Assembly: GCA_035533915.1 (NCBI GenBank)
Contig: DATLSX010000038.1
Location: 81,019-105,018 of the forward strand
DNA from: Streptosporangiaceae bacterium
GTDB taxonomy: Bacteria > Actinomycetota > Actinomycetes > Streptosporangiales > Streptosporangiaceae
Direction: 5' to 3'
Length of the DNA stretch: 24,000 nucleotides
The translations under genes and the position numbers were made by a program. A model generated the notes under the pieces. The model searched no databases and was not told the DNA's origin. It was given only the letters and a program-made list of their open reading frames with translations. Of this stretch, positions 1 through 6,987 are shown one piece after another; position 1 is the stretch's first letter; every line of letters begins with the position of its first letter.

Positions 1-563
1 GGGGGAGCGGGCTTGGCTGGGTGACCGCGGAGTACGCGATGCTGCCGAGATCTACCAACACCCGCAGCGACAGGGAATCGGTCAAAGGCCGGCTCGGCGG
101 TCGTACTCAGGAGATCTCCCGGCTGGTCGGCCGGTCGCTGCGTGCCTGCGTCGACCTGAAGGCACTTGGCGAGAACTCGATCGTGATCGACTGCGATGTG
201 CTCCAGGCGGACGGTGGCACCAGGACAGCCGCGATCACCGGCGGCTACGTGGCGCTCGCCGACGCGGTCCGCTGGCTCCAGGACAGAAAGCGCTGCAAGG
301 GCAACCCGCTGACGGCCTCGGTGGCGGCTGTCAGCGTCGGTATCGTCGACGGCGCTGCCATCCTTGACCTGTGCTACCCGGAGGACGTCGCGGCCGAGAC
401 CGACATGAACGTGGTCTGCACCGGCGACGGGAACTTCGTCGAGGTACAGGGAACAGCCGAGCGCGAGCCGTTCGGCCGTGCGCTACTCGACGAGCTGCTT
501 GACCTGGCCGTGGCGGGCTGCGCGGATCTGACCGCGATCCAGCAGAAAGCACTGGCCACCTGA
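1..563 (+). CDS. rph: Ribonuclease PH, 3' portion (5' end lies upstream of the window)
   Basis: Frame 3 is open from base 3 ([21 protein letters not shown]...) and continuous with track ORF 21..563. RNase PH signatures AEYxMLPRxT, EIxRLxGRSLR and [18 protein letters not shown]. Stop TGA at 561-563. Confidence 0.95.
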   Translation, partial: GSGLGWVTAEYAMLPRSTNTRSDRESVKGRLGGRTQEISRLVGRSLRACVDLKALGENSIVIDCDVLQADGGTRTAAITGGYVALADAVRWLQDRKRCKGNPLTASVAAVSVGIVDGAAILDLCYPEDVAAETDMNVVCTGDGNFVEVQGTAEREPFGRALLDELLDLAVAGCADLTAIQQKALAT

Positions 564-600
564 CCAAGGTGCGCGCCGTGGCCGCGCACGCGGTAGGAGT

Positions 601-733
601 GCGCGGTCGCCGGGGAGCGCGCGGTCGCCGGGGGAGCGCGCGCGGTGGGAGCGCGCGCCGGGGGAGCGCGCGACGTGGGAGCGCGCGCCGGGGGAGCGCG
701 CGACGTGGGAGTACGCGCCATGAGCGGGAGCAG
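601..733. repeat. Degenerate GC-rich tandem array of about 8 units (15-18 bp, each ending GGGAG(C)), with a perfect 30-bp-period core at 645-711
   Basis: Read directly: GCGCGGTCGCCGGGGAGC / GCGCGGTCGCCGGGGGAGC / GCGCGCGCGGTGGGAGC / GCGCGCCGGGGGAGC / GCGCGACGTGGGAGC / GCGCGCCGGGGGAGC / GCGCGACGTGGGAGTAC / GCGCCATGAGCGGGAGC. Bases 651-680 are identical to 681-710. Confidence 0.9.
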
Positions 734-741
734 GACACGCG

Positions 742-1356
742 ATGTCGAGTGATCTACCAAGGCTGGTGCTCGCGACAGCCAATCCGCACAAGATCATCGA
801 GCTCACTAGGATCCTGGCCGCGGGGCGGGTCGGCGTGGAACTGGTCGGGCTAGGTGAATACCCCGGAGCTCCCGACGTAGCCGAGACAGGCGCCACATTC
901 GCCGAAAACGCGCTGCTCAAGGCCGGCGCTATCGCCGAATTCACCGGACTACCCGCGGTGGCCGACGACTCTGGGCTGTGCGCCGACGCGCTGAACGGCA
1001 TGCCGGGCGTGCTGTCGGCGCGATGGTCCGGGCGGCATGGTGACGACGCCGCGAACCTGAGGTTGCTGCTCGACCAGCTCTCCGATATCCCGGAGGACCG
1101 GCGGGCAGCGCATTTCGCCTGCTCGGCAGCGCTGTACCTGCCGTCAGGGCGAGAGCACGTCAGCGAGGGGACGCTGCGCGGGCACCTGACCAGGGAGCCG
1201 CGCGGCAGCAATGGTTTCGGCTACGACCCGATTTTCGTTCCGGAAGGGGACGACCGCACGACCGCGGAGATGAGCCCGGCCGAGAAGGACGCGATCAGCC
1301 ACCGCGGCCGCGCCCTGCGCGGCCTAGCGCCTGTGATCGCCGCCCTAGTGTGCTAG
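742..1356 (+). CDS. rdgB: Non-canonical purine NTP pyrophosphatase (RdgB/HAM1 family, dITP/XTP pyrophosphatase)
   Basis: 204 aa. LVLATANPHKxxE N-terminus, DDSGLCxDALNGMPGVLSARW, GSNGFGYDPIF and SHRGRAL motifs typical of RdgB/Ham1. SD-like GGGAGCAGGA lies upstream of the ATG at 742. rph-rdgB is a conserved gene pair. Confidence 0.93.
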   Translation: MSSDLPRLVLATANPHKIIELTRILAAGRVGVELVGLGEYPGAPDVAETGATFAENALLKAGAIAEFTGLPAVADDSGLCADALNGMPGVLSARWSGRHGDDAANLRLLLDQLSDIPEDRRAAHFACSAALYLPSGREHVSEGTLRGHLTREPRGSNGFGYDPIFVPEGDDRTTAEMSPAEKDAISHRGRALRGLAPVIAALVC

Positions 1357-1373
1357 CGCTCCCCCAGCCCGCC

Positions 1374-1497
1374 GGTTCCCGGCCGGCCCCAGCCCGCCGG
1401 TTCCCGGTCGGCCGGTCGCACCGATGGCCCGTTGGTTCCCGGCCGGCCCCAGCCCGCCGGTTCCCGGTCGGCCGGTCGCACCGATGGCCCGTTGGTG
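1374..1497. repeat. Perfect 60-bp-period tandem duplication (about 2.07 copies), with a partial third copy of its first ~19 bp at 1362-1380
   Basis: 1374-1437 is identical to 1434-1497 (GGTTCCCGGCCGGCCCCAGCCCGCCGGTTCCCGGTCGGCCGGTCGCACCGATGGCCCGTTGGT). It lies between the convergent stops of rdgB (1356) and the lipoprotein gene (1538). Confidence 0.95.
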
Positions 1498-1529
1498 CTG
1501 CTCTAGCGACACCAACGGGCCATCGGTGC
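1478..1529. terminator. Perfect 20-bp stem / 12-nt loop hairpin between convergent genes (candidate bidirectional terminator, no U-tract)
   Basis: GCACCGATGGCCCGTTGGTG (1478-1497) pairs with CACCAACGGGCCATCGGTGC (1510-1529). The loop is CTGCTCTAGCGA. It sits 122 nt after the rdgB stop and 9 nt from the lipoprotein gene stop. Confidence 0.6.
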
Positions 1530-1537
1530 GATGTCGG

Positions 1538-2407
1538 CTAGGCCTTCGGCAGCGGTGCCACCTGATGGGGATCTGGCAGCAGCACGCGGACTGGCTGGTT
1601 GATCGAGGTCACGCCGAAGTCCGTGGTCACAGTCTCGCCGCGGACGGACTCGATGATCTCGGCCTGCCGGATCAGGTGCCGGGCGTCAATCCAGACGCGG
1701 AAGCGGACCGGGTTGGTCCCGATCGCGTGCAGCATAGTTCCGAGCAGCTTGCGCTGCTGCGGGGAGAGTTGCGCAAGGGCGGTGGACGGCGAATAAGAGC
1801 CGGAGTACACGTTGGTAGCTATTCCGTTGACAACGGCCGAACCGGCCAGGCGGACGTCCGTTGACGAGGAGAAAAGCCGGGTCTGGTCGAGCGGATTACT
1901 GCCTTCCAGGTTTTGCAGCAGGGTGCCGAGGGTTACCCCGGATTTGGAGGAAAGCTGGGACAGGTCGGCCTTGATCCAGACCTTACCGGAAGACCTGGCG
2001 AAGGCTGGATCCTTGAAGTAGACCGCCGAATCGGTCAGTATCTCGTCCAGTTGGGTACTCGGTGCTTTCGCGGCGTTTACGGCGAGTTCCACTTCGATAA
2101 GCTTTGTCGGCTTCTGCTGGATCTGGACCGTGCCGACCAGGCCGCCCTGCGTCGTGCCGGTCGACTGCACATCGATTCGGGCGCTGAGCGTGTTCACGTG
2201 CCCCGACGCGCTGTCCGCGAGTTGCAGCGCATGCAGTGCCGTGACCGTCCCGGCGGGCAGTGCGGGAGTTGCGGCACCCGAGCAGCCGGACATAGCGGCG
2301 CATGCCGCGGCGCTGACAGTAATCGCGGTGACCGAAGCCGACGACCGCCGTCGATAGCGGAAGAAATCGCCACGCTTAATAGCAGAATGACGCCTAAGCA
2401 AAGTCAT
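1538..2407 (-). CDS. Putative secreted lipoprotein (LolA/LppX-like size and layout; family not assignable by eye)
   Basis: Track ORF 1538..2428. I prefer the Met at 2407 (MTLLRRHSAIKRGDFFRYRRRSSASVTAITVSAAACAAMSGCSG): basic n-region, hydrophobic h-region, lipobox-like A-M-S-G-C. The mature ~250 aa are T/S/V/Q-rich. The 5' codons are AT-rich, so the start is uncertain. Confidence 0.6.
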   Translation of the reverse strand: MTLLRRHSAIKRGDFFRYRRRSSASVTAITVSAAACAAMSGCSGAATPALPAGTVTALHALQLADSASGHVNTLSARIDVQSTGTTQGGLVGTVQIQQKPTKLIEVELAVNAAKAPSTQLDEILTDSAVYFKDPAFARSSGKVWIKADLSQLSSKSGVTLGTLLQNLEGSNPLDQTRLFSSSTDVRLAGSAVVNGIATNVYSGSYSPSTALAQLSPQQRKLLGTMLHAIGTNPVRFRVWIDARHLIRQAEIIESVRGETVTTDFGVTSINQPVRVLLPDPHQVAPLPKA

Positions 2408-2650
2408 AAAAAAATCGTAGCAGCGCATGGTGCGCCGAGGGCTGTAATTGCGAAGTTGCTATTCTGCATAATTGGCGGCTTCTCGCATAGTACGGGCAAT
2501 GCGACGGCCTAATTGCCGTAATGCGCCGTGGCGATTGTCGTGACAGGGAGTTGGCTGGCGCCGCGATGTTGCTTGCCGGGCGGACGTGCGGTTCGGTTCG
2601 CGGCACTAGCTGGCCGCCCGGTACGGTAGGGACTGACCGGAGGGAAGTGC

Positions 2651-3130
2651 TTGGTGACCGAGATACGGCTAGCGGCGGGCGATCCCGCACCCGACTTCAG
2701 CCTGCCCGACGCGGACGGCAACCTGGTCAGCCTGGCGTCGCTGCGTGGCCAGCGGGTGATCGTCTACTTCTACCCGGCGGCGATGACGCCCGGGTGCACG
2801 AAGCAGGCCTGTGACTTCAGGGACGCAGGGAAGGAGCTGTCCGAGGCGGGATACGCCGTGCTGGGAATCTCGCCGGATAGCTCGGCGAAGCTCGCGAAGT
2901 TCCGCGACCGCGACGGCCTGACGTTCCCGCTGCTCTCCGACCCGGGCCTGGGCGTGCTGAAGGCTTACGGCGCCTACGGCGAGAAGATGCTGTACGGGAA
3001 GAAGTCGGTCGGCGTCATCAGGTCGACCTTCGTGATCGATCCCGACGGAGTGGTCGAGCGGGCCTACTACGCTGTCAAAGCCACCGGACATGTCGGGCGA
3101 CTGCGTAGAGAACTGGGCCTGGCTCACTGA
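2651..3130 (+). CDS. bcp: Thioredoxin-dependent thiol peroxidase (Bcp-type peroxiredoxin)
   Basis: 159 aa. GDPAPDFSLPDADGNxVSL, VYFYPAAMTPGCTKQACDFRD (peroxidatic Cys in PGCT, resolving Cys 5 residues later), GISPDS, FPLLSD. SD GGAGGGA at 2639-2645. Start is TTG 2651 or GTG 2654. Confidence 0.93.
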   Translation: MVTEIRLAAGDPAPDFSLPDADGNLVSLASLRGQRVIVYFYPAAMTPGCTKQACDFRDAGKELSEAGYAVLGISPDSSAKLAKFRDRDGLTFPLLSDPGLGVLKAYGAYGEKMLYGKKSVGVIRSTFVIDPDGVVERAYYAVKATGHVGRLRRELGLAH

Positions 3131-3218
3131 ACCGGACTAAATAGTACGACTACTTAGTTCCAGGCTGATATGACTTGGTCTGATGGAATCTGGTCGGTCA
3201 GGGAGACCGGCCGTCTTC

Positions 3219-3291
3219 GGGGCCGTAGCCCAACGGCAGAGGCACAGGATTTAGGATCCTGCCAGTGTGGGTTCGAATCCCACCGGCCCCA
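3219..3291 (+). tRNA. 73-nt tRNA with anticodon UAG (would read Leu CUA/CUN) but a class-I body (5-nt variable loop); isotype uncertain
   Basis: Cloverleaf read by hand: acceptor GGGGCCG/CGGCCCC; U8 A9; D arm GCCC-AACGGCAG-AGGC (13:22 mismatch); anticodon stem CAGGA/TCCTG with loop TTTAGGA (U33, UAG, G37); variable loop CCAGT; T arm GTGGG-TTCGAAT-CCCAC; discriminator A73. No encoded CCA. Confidence 0.85.
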
Positions 3292-3301
3292 CTCGGTCTG
3301 A

Positions 3302-3625
3302 TTCTGCGGCCGAGCGCTGCCATCCCGGCTTTCTGGCGGGCAGCAGCAACGTGTCGCCATCGCCCTGATCAGCTCGCCACGCCTGGTCCTCGCCGACGAG
3401 CCCGCCGGGAACCTCGACTCCCCCACTGGCGCCGACATCCTCAAGCTCCTCCTGCTCGTGCGCCAGGAACAGGGCGTGACCATCATCATCGCCACACACG
3501 ACGCTGAGTTCGCAGCGGCAGCCGGCCACATCATCCGCCTCATCGACGGCCAGATCACTGAGGACCCGCAAGCCGCCCCGGTGTTCGATGCGCCTGGCGG
3601 CACCACCGGGTCCGGACCCTCCTGA
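3302..3625 (+). pseudogene. 3' remnant (~107 codons) of a MacB/LolD-type ABC transporter ATP-binding protein; no start codon, Walker A or Q-loop
   Basis: Frame 2 is open from 3302, right after an in-frame TGA at 3299-3301. It reads [89 protein letters not shown]...*, giving ABC signature LSGGQ, Walker B LVLADEP and H-loop ATHD. It has no Met, so it is absent from the ORF track. Confidence 0.8.
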
Positions 3626-3766
3626 ACCGACTCCGGCTCAATGAGCTGTAGCACTACCGTGCGCTCAGCCTTCTCCGGAGAACCGCTCCCACGCCGCCTG
3701 CCTCGGCACGCCAAGCTCCTCCTTGAGCCGTGCGGACTCCAGGTGTGAAAGCTGGAGGAGGCGTGC

Positions 3767-4804
3767 TCAGGCTGCTGGCTTCGAGGACCGGAATCGGCTG
3801 ATCACTGCGCCGCCGAACCAGGCCATCTCCTCATGCTGCGGTGAGAACTGGAGCAGCAGCAGGCCGACCCCGGCATCGGAATAGGCCTGGATCCGGTCGG
3901 CGATCTGGTCCGGAGTGCCGATCAGCCCGCTGCGCAGGCCACGATTCGAGACGCTGTATTCCTCTAGCGAGACCCTGGACTCCAGCTGCGAGCCTTCGAT
4001 GAAGTCCTGGTAGGAGGCGTATGCCTCGGGGGAGGAGCGGACATCGAGTATCCGGTCGAGTTCCGCGCTGACCTCGGCTTGCGTGTCCCGGCAGATCACG
4101 TATCCAGATACGCCGAATTCCAGCGGTGACTGGCCGGTCGCCGCTCGGAGCGCGCTGAGTTCGGCGACTTTCGCGGCGATTACCTCCGGCGCGTCGCCGT
4201 GCATCACGTAGGCGTCGGCCTGGGCGGCGATGACCGCCTTGGCTTTCGGCGACTCGCCGCCCATGTAGACCACCGGGGGACGGCTTGGCTTCGGCTCCAG
4301 TACGGTCCGGTCAAACTGGTACAGCGGGCCGTCGTGGGTCACCGTGTCCTCGCGCAGCATCCGGGAGATGACTTCCAGCCATTCCTCGGTGCGGGCATAC
4401 CTGGCGTCGTGCACGTCGAAAGGTGCACCGTACTGGTTCGCCTCGTCCTTCCACCAGGACGAGACTACGTTGAGCGAGATCCGGCCAGGGGCGATCACGT
4501 CGAGCGTGGACAGTGCCTTGGCGGTCAGCGCGGGCGAGTGGTAGTTAGGCCTGACCGCGAGCATCAGCTCCAGCGTGCTGGTCACCGCTGCCACTGCGGG
4601 CGCCAGCGTCCAGCAGTCCAGCGACGGGGCACGGTGGCCTTTGATGTCATTCAGGTTGAGTTCGGCGATCAGCGATAAGTCGAAGCCATGCTGCTCGCTG
4701 GCCACCGCCAGGTCCCTGATATACGGCCAGGCGATGGTCATACCCTCGTCGGAGACATTGCGCAGCCAGCCACCGAAGATCGGCATCCAATAGCCAAAGC
4801 GCAT
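3767..4804 (-). CDS. LLM-class (luciferase-like) flavin-dependent oxidoreductase/monooxygenase
   Basis: 345 aa. [14 protein letters not shown]-terminus, [19 protein letters not shown] and a C-terminal GVGLLLLQF layout typical of bacterial luciferase-like TIM-barrel monooxygenases (RutA/SsuD/SfnG-like). The ATG lies 5 nt after the ATP-grasp stop. Confidence 0.85.
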   Translation of the reverse strand: MRFGYWMPIFGGWLRNVSDEGMTIAWPYIRDLAVASEQHGFDLSLIAELNLNDIKGHRAPSLDCWTLAPAVAAVTSTLELMLAVRPNYHSPALTAKALSTLDVIAPGRISLNVVSSWWKDEANQYGAPFDVHDARYARTEEWLEVISRMLREDTVTHDGPLYQFDRTVLEPKPSRPPVVYMGGESPKAKAVIAAQADAYVMHGDAPEVIAAKVAELSALRAATGQSPLEFGVSGYVICRDTQAEVSAELDRILDVRSSPEAYASYQDFIEGSQLESRVSLEEYSVSNRGLRSGLIGTPDQIADRIQAYSDAGVGLLLLQFSPQHEEMAWFGGAVISRFRSSKPAA

Positions 4805-4809
4805 CGCGC

Positions 4810-5775
4810 TTACGCCGCCTTTCTGTTCTCGTCCGCAAGCAGCCGCCTCAGGTAAGCGGCCACCGCACGCTGGGCCGATCTGGGCGCGGCAGCCTCTATC
4901 GCGGCGTTGTAGTTCGTCGTCGTATTGATGTCGTAGGTCACGAGCCTGCCGTCCGCCGTCTCGATGAACTCAAAGCCAGCTATCTCGATTCCGCGCCGCC
5001 GGGCGAAGTCGACGTACCGGCCGGTGATCGGATGGTCGAAACCCTCCCGGAGCGCGAACAGGTCCGGCACCGGCCCGCCGCCGACCGCGCGCCCGCCGCC
5101 GACCGCGCAGGCGTCGGCGGGGCAGAGCTGGAACCCGCCTAGCGCCGTGTCGGCGGTGATCGCGTAGACGAACTCGCCGCCCACAATCTCCGCCCTGGTG
5201 ATGCGCGGCTTGGCGGAACGCAGATACTCCTGCAGCAAGGTGATACCGTCCACCGGCGGCTCGTACTCCGCCGAGGCCAGATAGGCGTCGAACTCGTCGT
5301 GGCTGTCGAACAGCCGCACACCGAGCCCTTTGCCACCCTGATTGTGCTTGCTGATGAACGGCGCCGGCAGCCTTGCGGCGGCGGCGGTGAGCTCGCGGGT
5401 CCCGGCGACAGCTACCGTCCGCGGCACGTCGAAACCTGCCGCGCGTAACGCGACAAGCTGATCGACCTTGCTCATCTCCAGCTCAAGCACGCGACGCCCG
5501 TTCACGACCCGGCGGCCGCACGACTCCAGCCAGCTGAGCACGCCACGGGTCTGGTCCTTAGCGTGCGGATGGCCGCGAGTGTGCGACGACGCGCTCATCC
5601 GGGACCAGAACACCCCTTCGGGCGGCTGCATCCCCAGATCAAGCAGGCTGTCACCGAGCAGCCACTGCTCATACGGAACGTCCGCCGCGTCCAGTGCCGT
5701 CCCCACCGGCGCGAACCAATCCGGATTCTCGTGAAGTACGTAAACCTTCACTATCGCCTGACCTTCCGCAGTCAC
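4810..5775 (-). CDS. ATP-grasp domain ligase (RimK/alpha-L-glutamate-ligase-like)
   Basis: 321 aa. SKVDQLVALRAAGFDVPRT, PFISKHNQGGKGLGVRLF (Lys plus Gly-rich loop), TLLQEYL, and GIEIAGFEFIE...LVTYDINTTTNYN (Mg/ATP-binding E..N region). An alternative start is GTG at 5751 (VKVYVLHENPDW), preceded by GGAAGG. Confidence 0.8.
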   Translation of the reverse strand: MTAEGQAIVKVYVLHENPDWFAPVGTALDAADVPYEQWLLGDSLLDLGMQPPEGVFWSRMSASSHTRGHPHAKDQTRGVLSWLESCGRRVVNGRRVLELEMSKVDQLVALRAAGFDVPRTVAVAGTRELTAAAARLPAPFISKHNQGGKGLGVRLFDSHDEFDAYLASAEYEPPVDGITLLQEYLRSAKPRITRAEIVGGEFVYAITADTALGGFQLCPADACAVGGGRAVGGGPVPDLFALREGFDHPITGRYVDFARRRGIEIAGFEFIETADGRLVTYDINTTTNYNAAIEAAAPRSAQRAVAAYLRRLLADENRKAA

Positions 5776-5835
5776 GTCGCTGAGATCAGCGTAAGCCTGT
5801 TGCGCTCCATTTCAGCCCGCCAGGCACGATCCCTG

Positions 5836-6987
5836 TCATCCGTCGGCCGGGACGCGCCACTCGAGCTGGGTTCCGCCGCCCGGCCGGCTGGTGGCCACGA
5901 ACGAGCCGCCGAGAAGCTGAGCCCTGTCCCGCATGTTGCGCAGGCCGCTGCTGCGGGTGACCTCCCCGAGTCCCCGCCCGTTGTCGCTGACTCTGAGCAC
6001 CAGTTCGCGCTCGGCGCTTAGAACCACCGTGGCCGCCGTGGCCTGGGCGTGGCGTGCGATGTTGGACAGAGCCTCGCGGATCACCGCGAGCAGGTGGACG
6101 CTGACCTCAGCCGGGACGCTATCGAGAGTGCCGGCGAAGCTGACCTGCGGGGCAAAGCCAAGCGCAGCGGTCGCGTCCGACGCGAGGCTCAGGATCTGAT
6201 CGCGCAGGTCGGCCGACTCAGCGCGGTTGCGGCGGCGGTCCGCGAAGATAGCATCGCGGATTTCGGCGATCGAGATGTCGAGTTCCCTGATCACCGCTTC
6301 GATCCTGGCGAACGCTTGCGGAGGTGCCACCAGGGCGGCCATGCCTTGCAGGCTCATCCCGGCGGCGAATATCCGGCCGATGACCCGGTCATGCAGGTCC
6401 CTGGCCATCCGGTCGCGGTCTGCCAGGACTTCCTGGTAGGCGCGCGCGGCAGCTACCTGGGCTTCGGCCGCCAGCCGGCTGGTGATGTCTCTGGCTACTG
6501 CCGAATAGCCGATCATCGTTCCGTCGGGGTCACGCATCACCGACATGGTGATCGCGATATCGACGAGAGATCCGTCTTTGCGTTGCCACCGTGTGTCGTG
6601 GGTCGCGGCCCGGCCGGAGCGCACCTGCTGCACGATCTGGTCGAAATCGGCTTGTAGCTCGGCTGGGATGAGGGTGAACCGCTTGCCGACGATCTCGGTC
6701 GCGGTGTAGTCGAACAGCCGCTCGGCACTGGGGTTCCAGGTGGTGATGATCAAGTCCGGGGTTACCGAGACCATCGCGTCTTCGGAGGAGAGGACGATTG
6801 CCGCCAGCTGGGCCTCGGCCAGCCGCGCGGTCTCCAGCTCGTGGTGGAACGCGATCAGCCCGCGGTTGGTTTCCTCCAGCTCGCGGGTGAGGTTGGCGAT
6901 CTGTTGCCTGCTCGCAGCGAGCTCGGCTTCGGCGGCCGCCAGCTGCTCGGCCGCGCCGGGAATCCCGCGGCAGGACTCGGCGGTCAC
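5836..6987 (-). CDS. Cytoplasmic sensor histidine kinase: N-terminal coiled coil, PAS, HisKA_3 (NarL-partner type), HATPase_c
   Basis: 383 aa with no TM segment. Coiled coil AEQLAAAEAELAASRQQIANLTRELEETNRGL. PAS (ITTWNPSAERLFDYTATEIVGKRF...WQRKDGSLVDIAITMSVMRD). H-box MARDLHDRVIGRIF. N box EALSNIARHA. G boxes SDNGRGL and GLRNMRDRAQLLGG. Its GTG overlaps the upstream stop (GTGA at 6984-6987). Confidence 0.9.
   Translation of the reverse strand: MTAESCRGIPGAAEQLAAAEAELAASRQQIANLTRELEETNRGLIAFHHELETARLAEAQLAAIVLSSEDAMVSVTPDLIITTWNPSAERLFDYTATEIVGKRFTLIPAELQADFDQIVQQVRSGRAATHDTRWQRKDGSLVDIAITMSVMRDPDGTMIGYSAVARDITSRLAAEAQVAAARAYQEVLADRDRMARDLHDRVIGRIFAAGMSLQGMAALVAPPQAFARIEAVIRELDISIAEIRDAIFADRRRNRAESADLRDQILSLASDATAALGFAPQVSFAGTLDSVPAEVSVHLLAVIREALSNIARHAQATAATVVLSAERELVLRVSDNGRGLGEVTRSSGLRNMRDRAQLLGGSFVATSRPGGGTQLEWRVPADG

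Noticed and set aside
331-1211. Long track ORFs 331..738(-), 374..760(-), 483..1211(-) and 569..853(+) covering rph, the repeat array and rdgB
   Set aside because: They are antisense or out of frame to two well-supported genes. Their translations are Arg/Pro/Ser/Ala-rich with no motifs, and they are partly generated by the tandem repeat. These are typical high-GC shadow ORFs.
601-1497. Tandem arrays (601-733, 1374-1497, also 10341-10400) considered as CRISPR
   Set aside because: The units abut directly with no unique spacers, the periods (15-30 bp, 60 bp x2) do not fit repeat-spacer architecture, and no cas genes are present.
1350-1864. ORFs 1350..1541(+) and 1424..1864(+) with internally repeated peptide RPAPARRFPVGRSHRWPVG
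   Set aside because: The repeated peptide is only the translation of the 60-bp DNA duplication. The ORFs run through the terminator hairpin and antisense into the lipoprotein gene.
3131-3218. AT-rich imperfect palindrome CTAAATAG-TACGA-CTACTTAG upstream of the tRNA, considered as a possible att or operator site
   Set aside because: It matches at only 7 of 8 positions, is short, and has no second copy that I could find in the window. It is more simply explained as the tRNA promoter region.
3219-3291. Reading the tRNA on the minus strand (the T-loop GGTTCGAATCC is palindromic)
   Set aside because: On the minus strand the T-arm would lie at the 5' end and no acceptor/anticodon geometry forms. 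Only the plus strand gives a cloverleaf.
3154-3714. 186-aa minus-strand ORF (and 3251..3571 -, 3265..3507 +) spanning the tRNA and the ABC fragment
   Set aside because: They overlap a well-formed tRNA and lie antisense or out of frame to the clearly recognisable ABC ATPase frame. No motifs are present.
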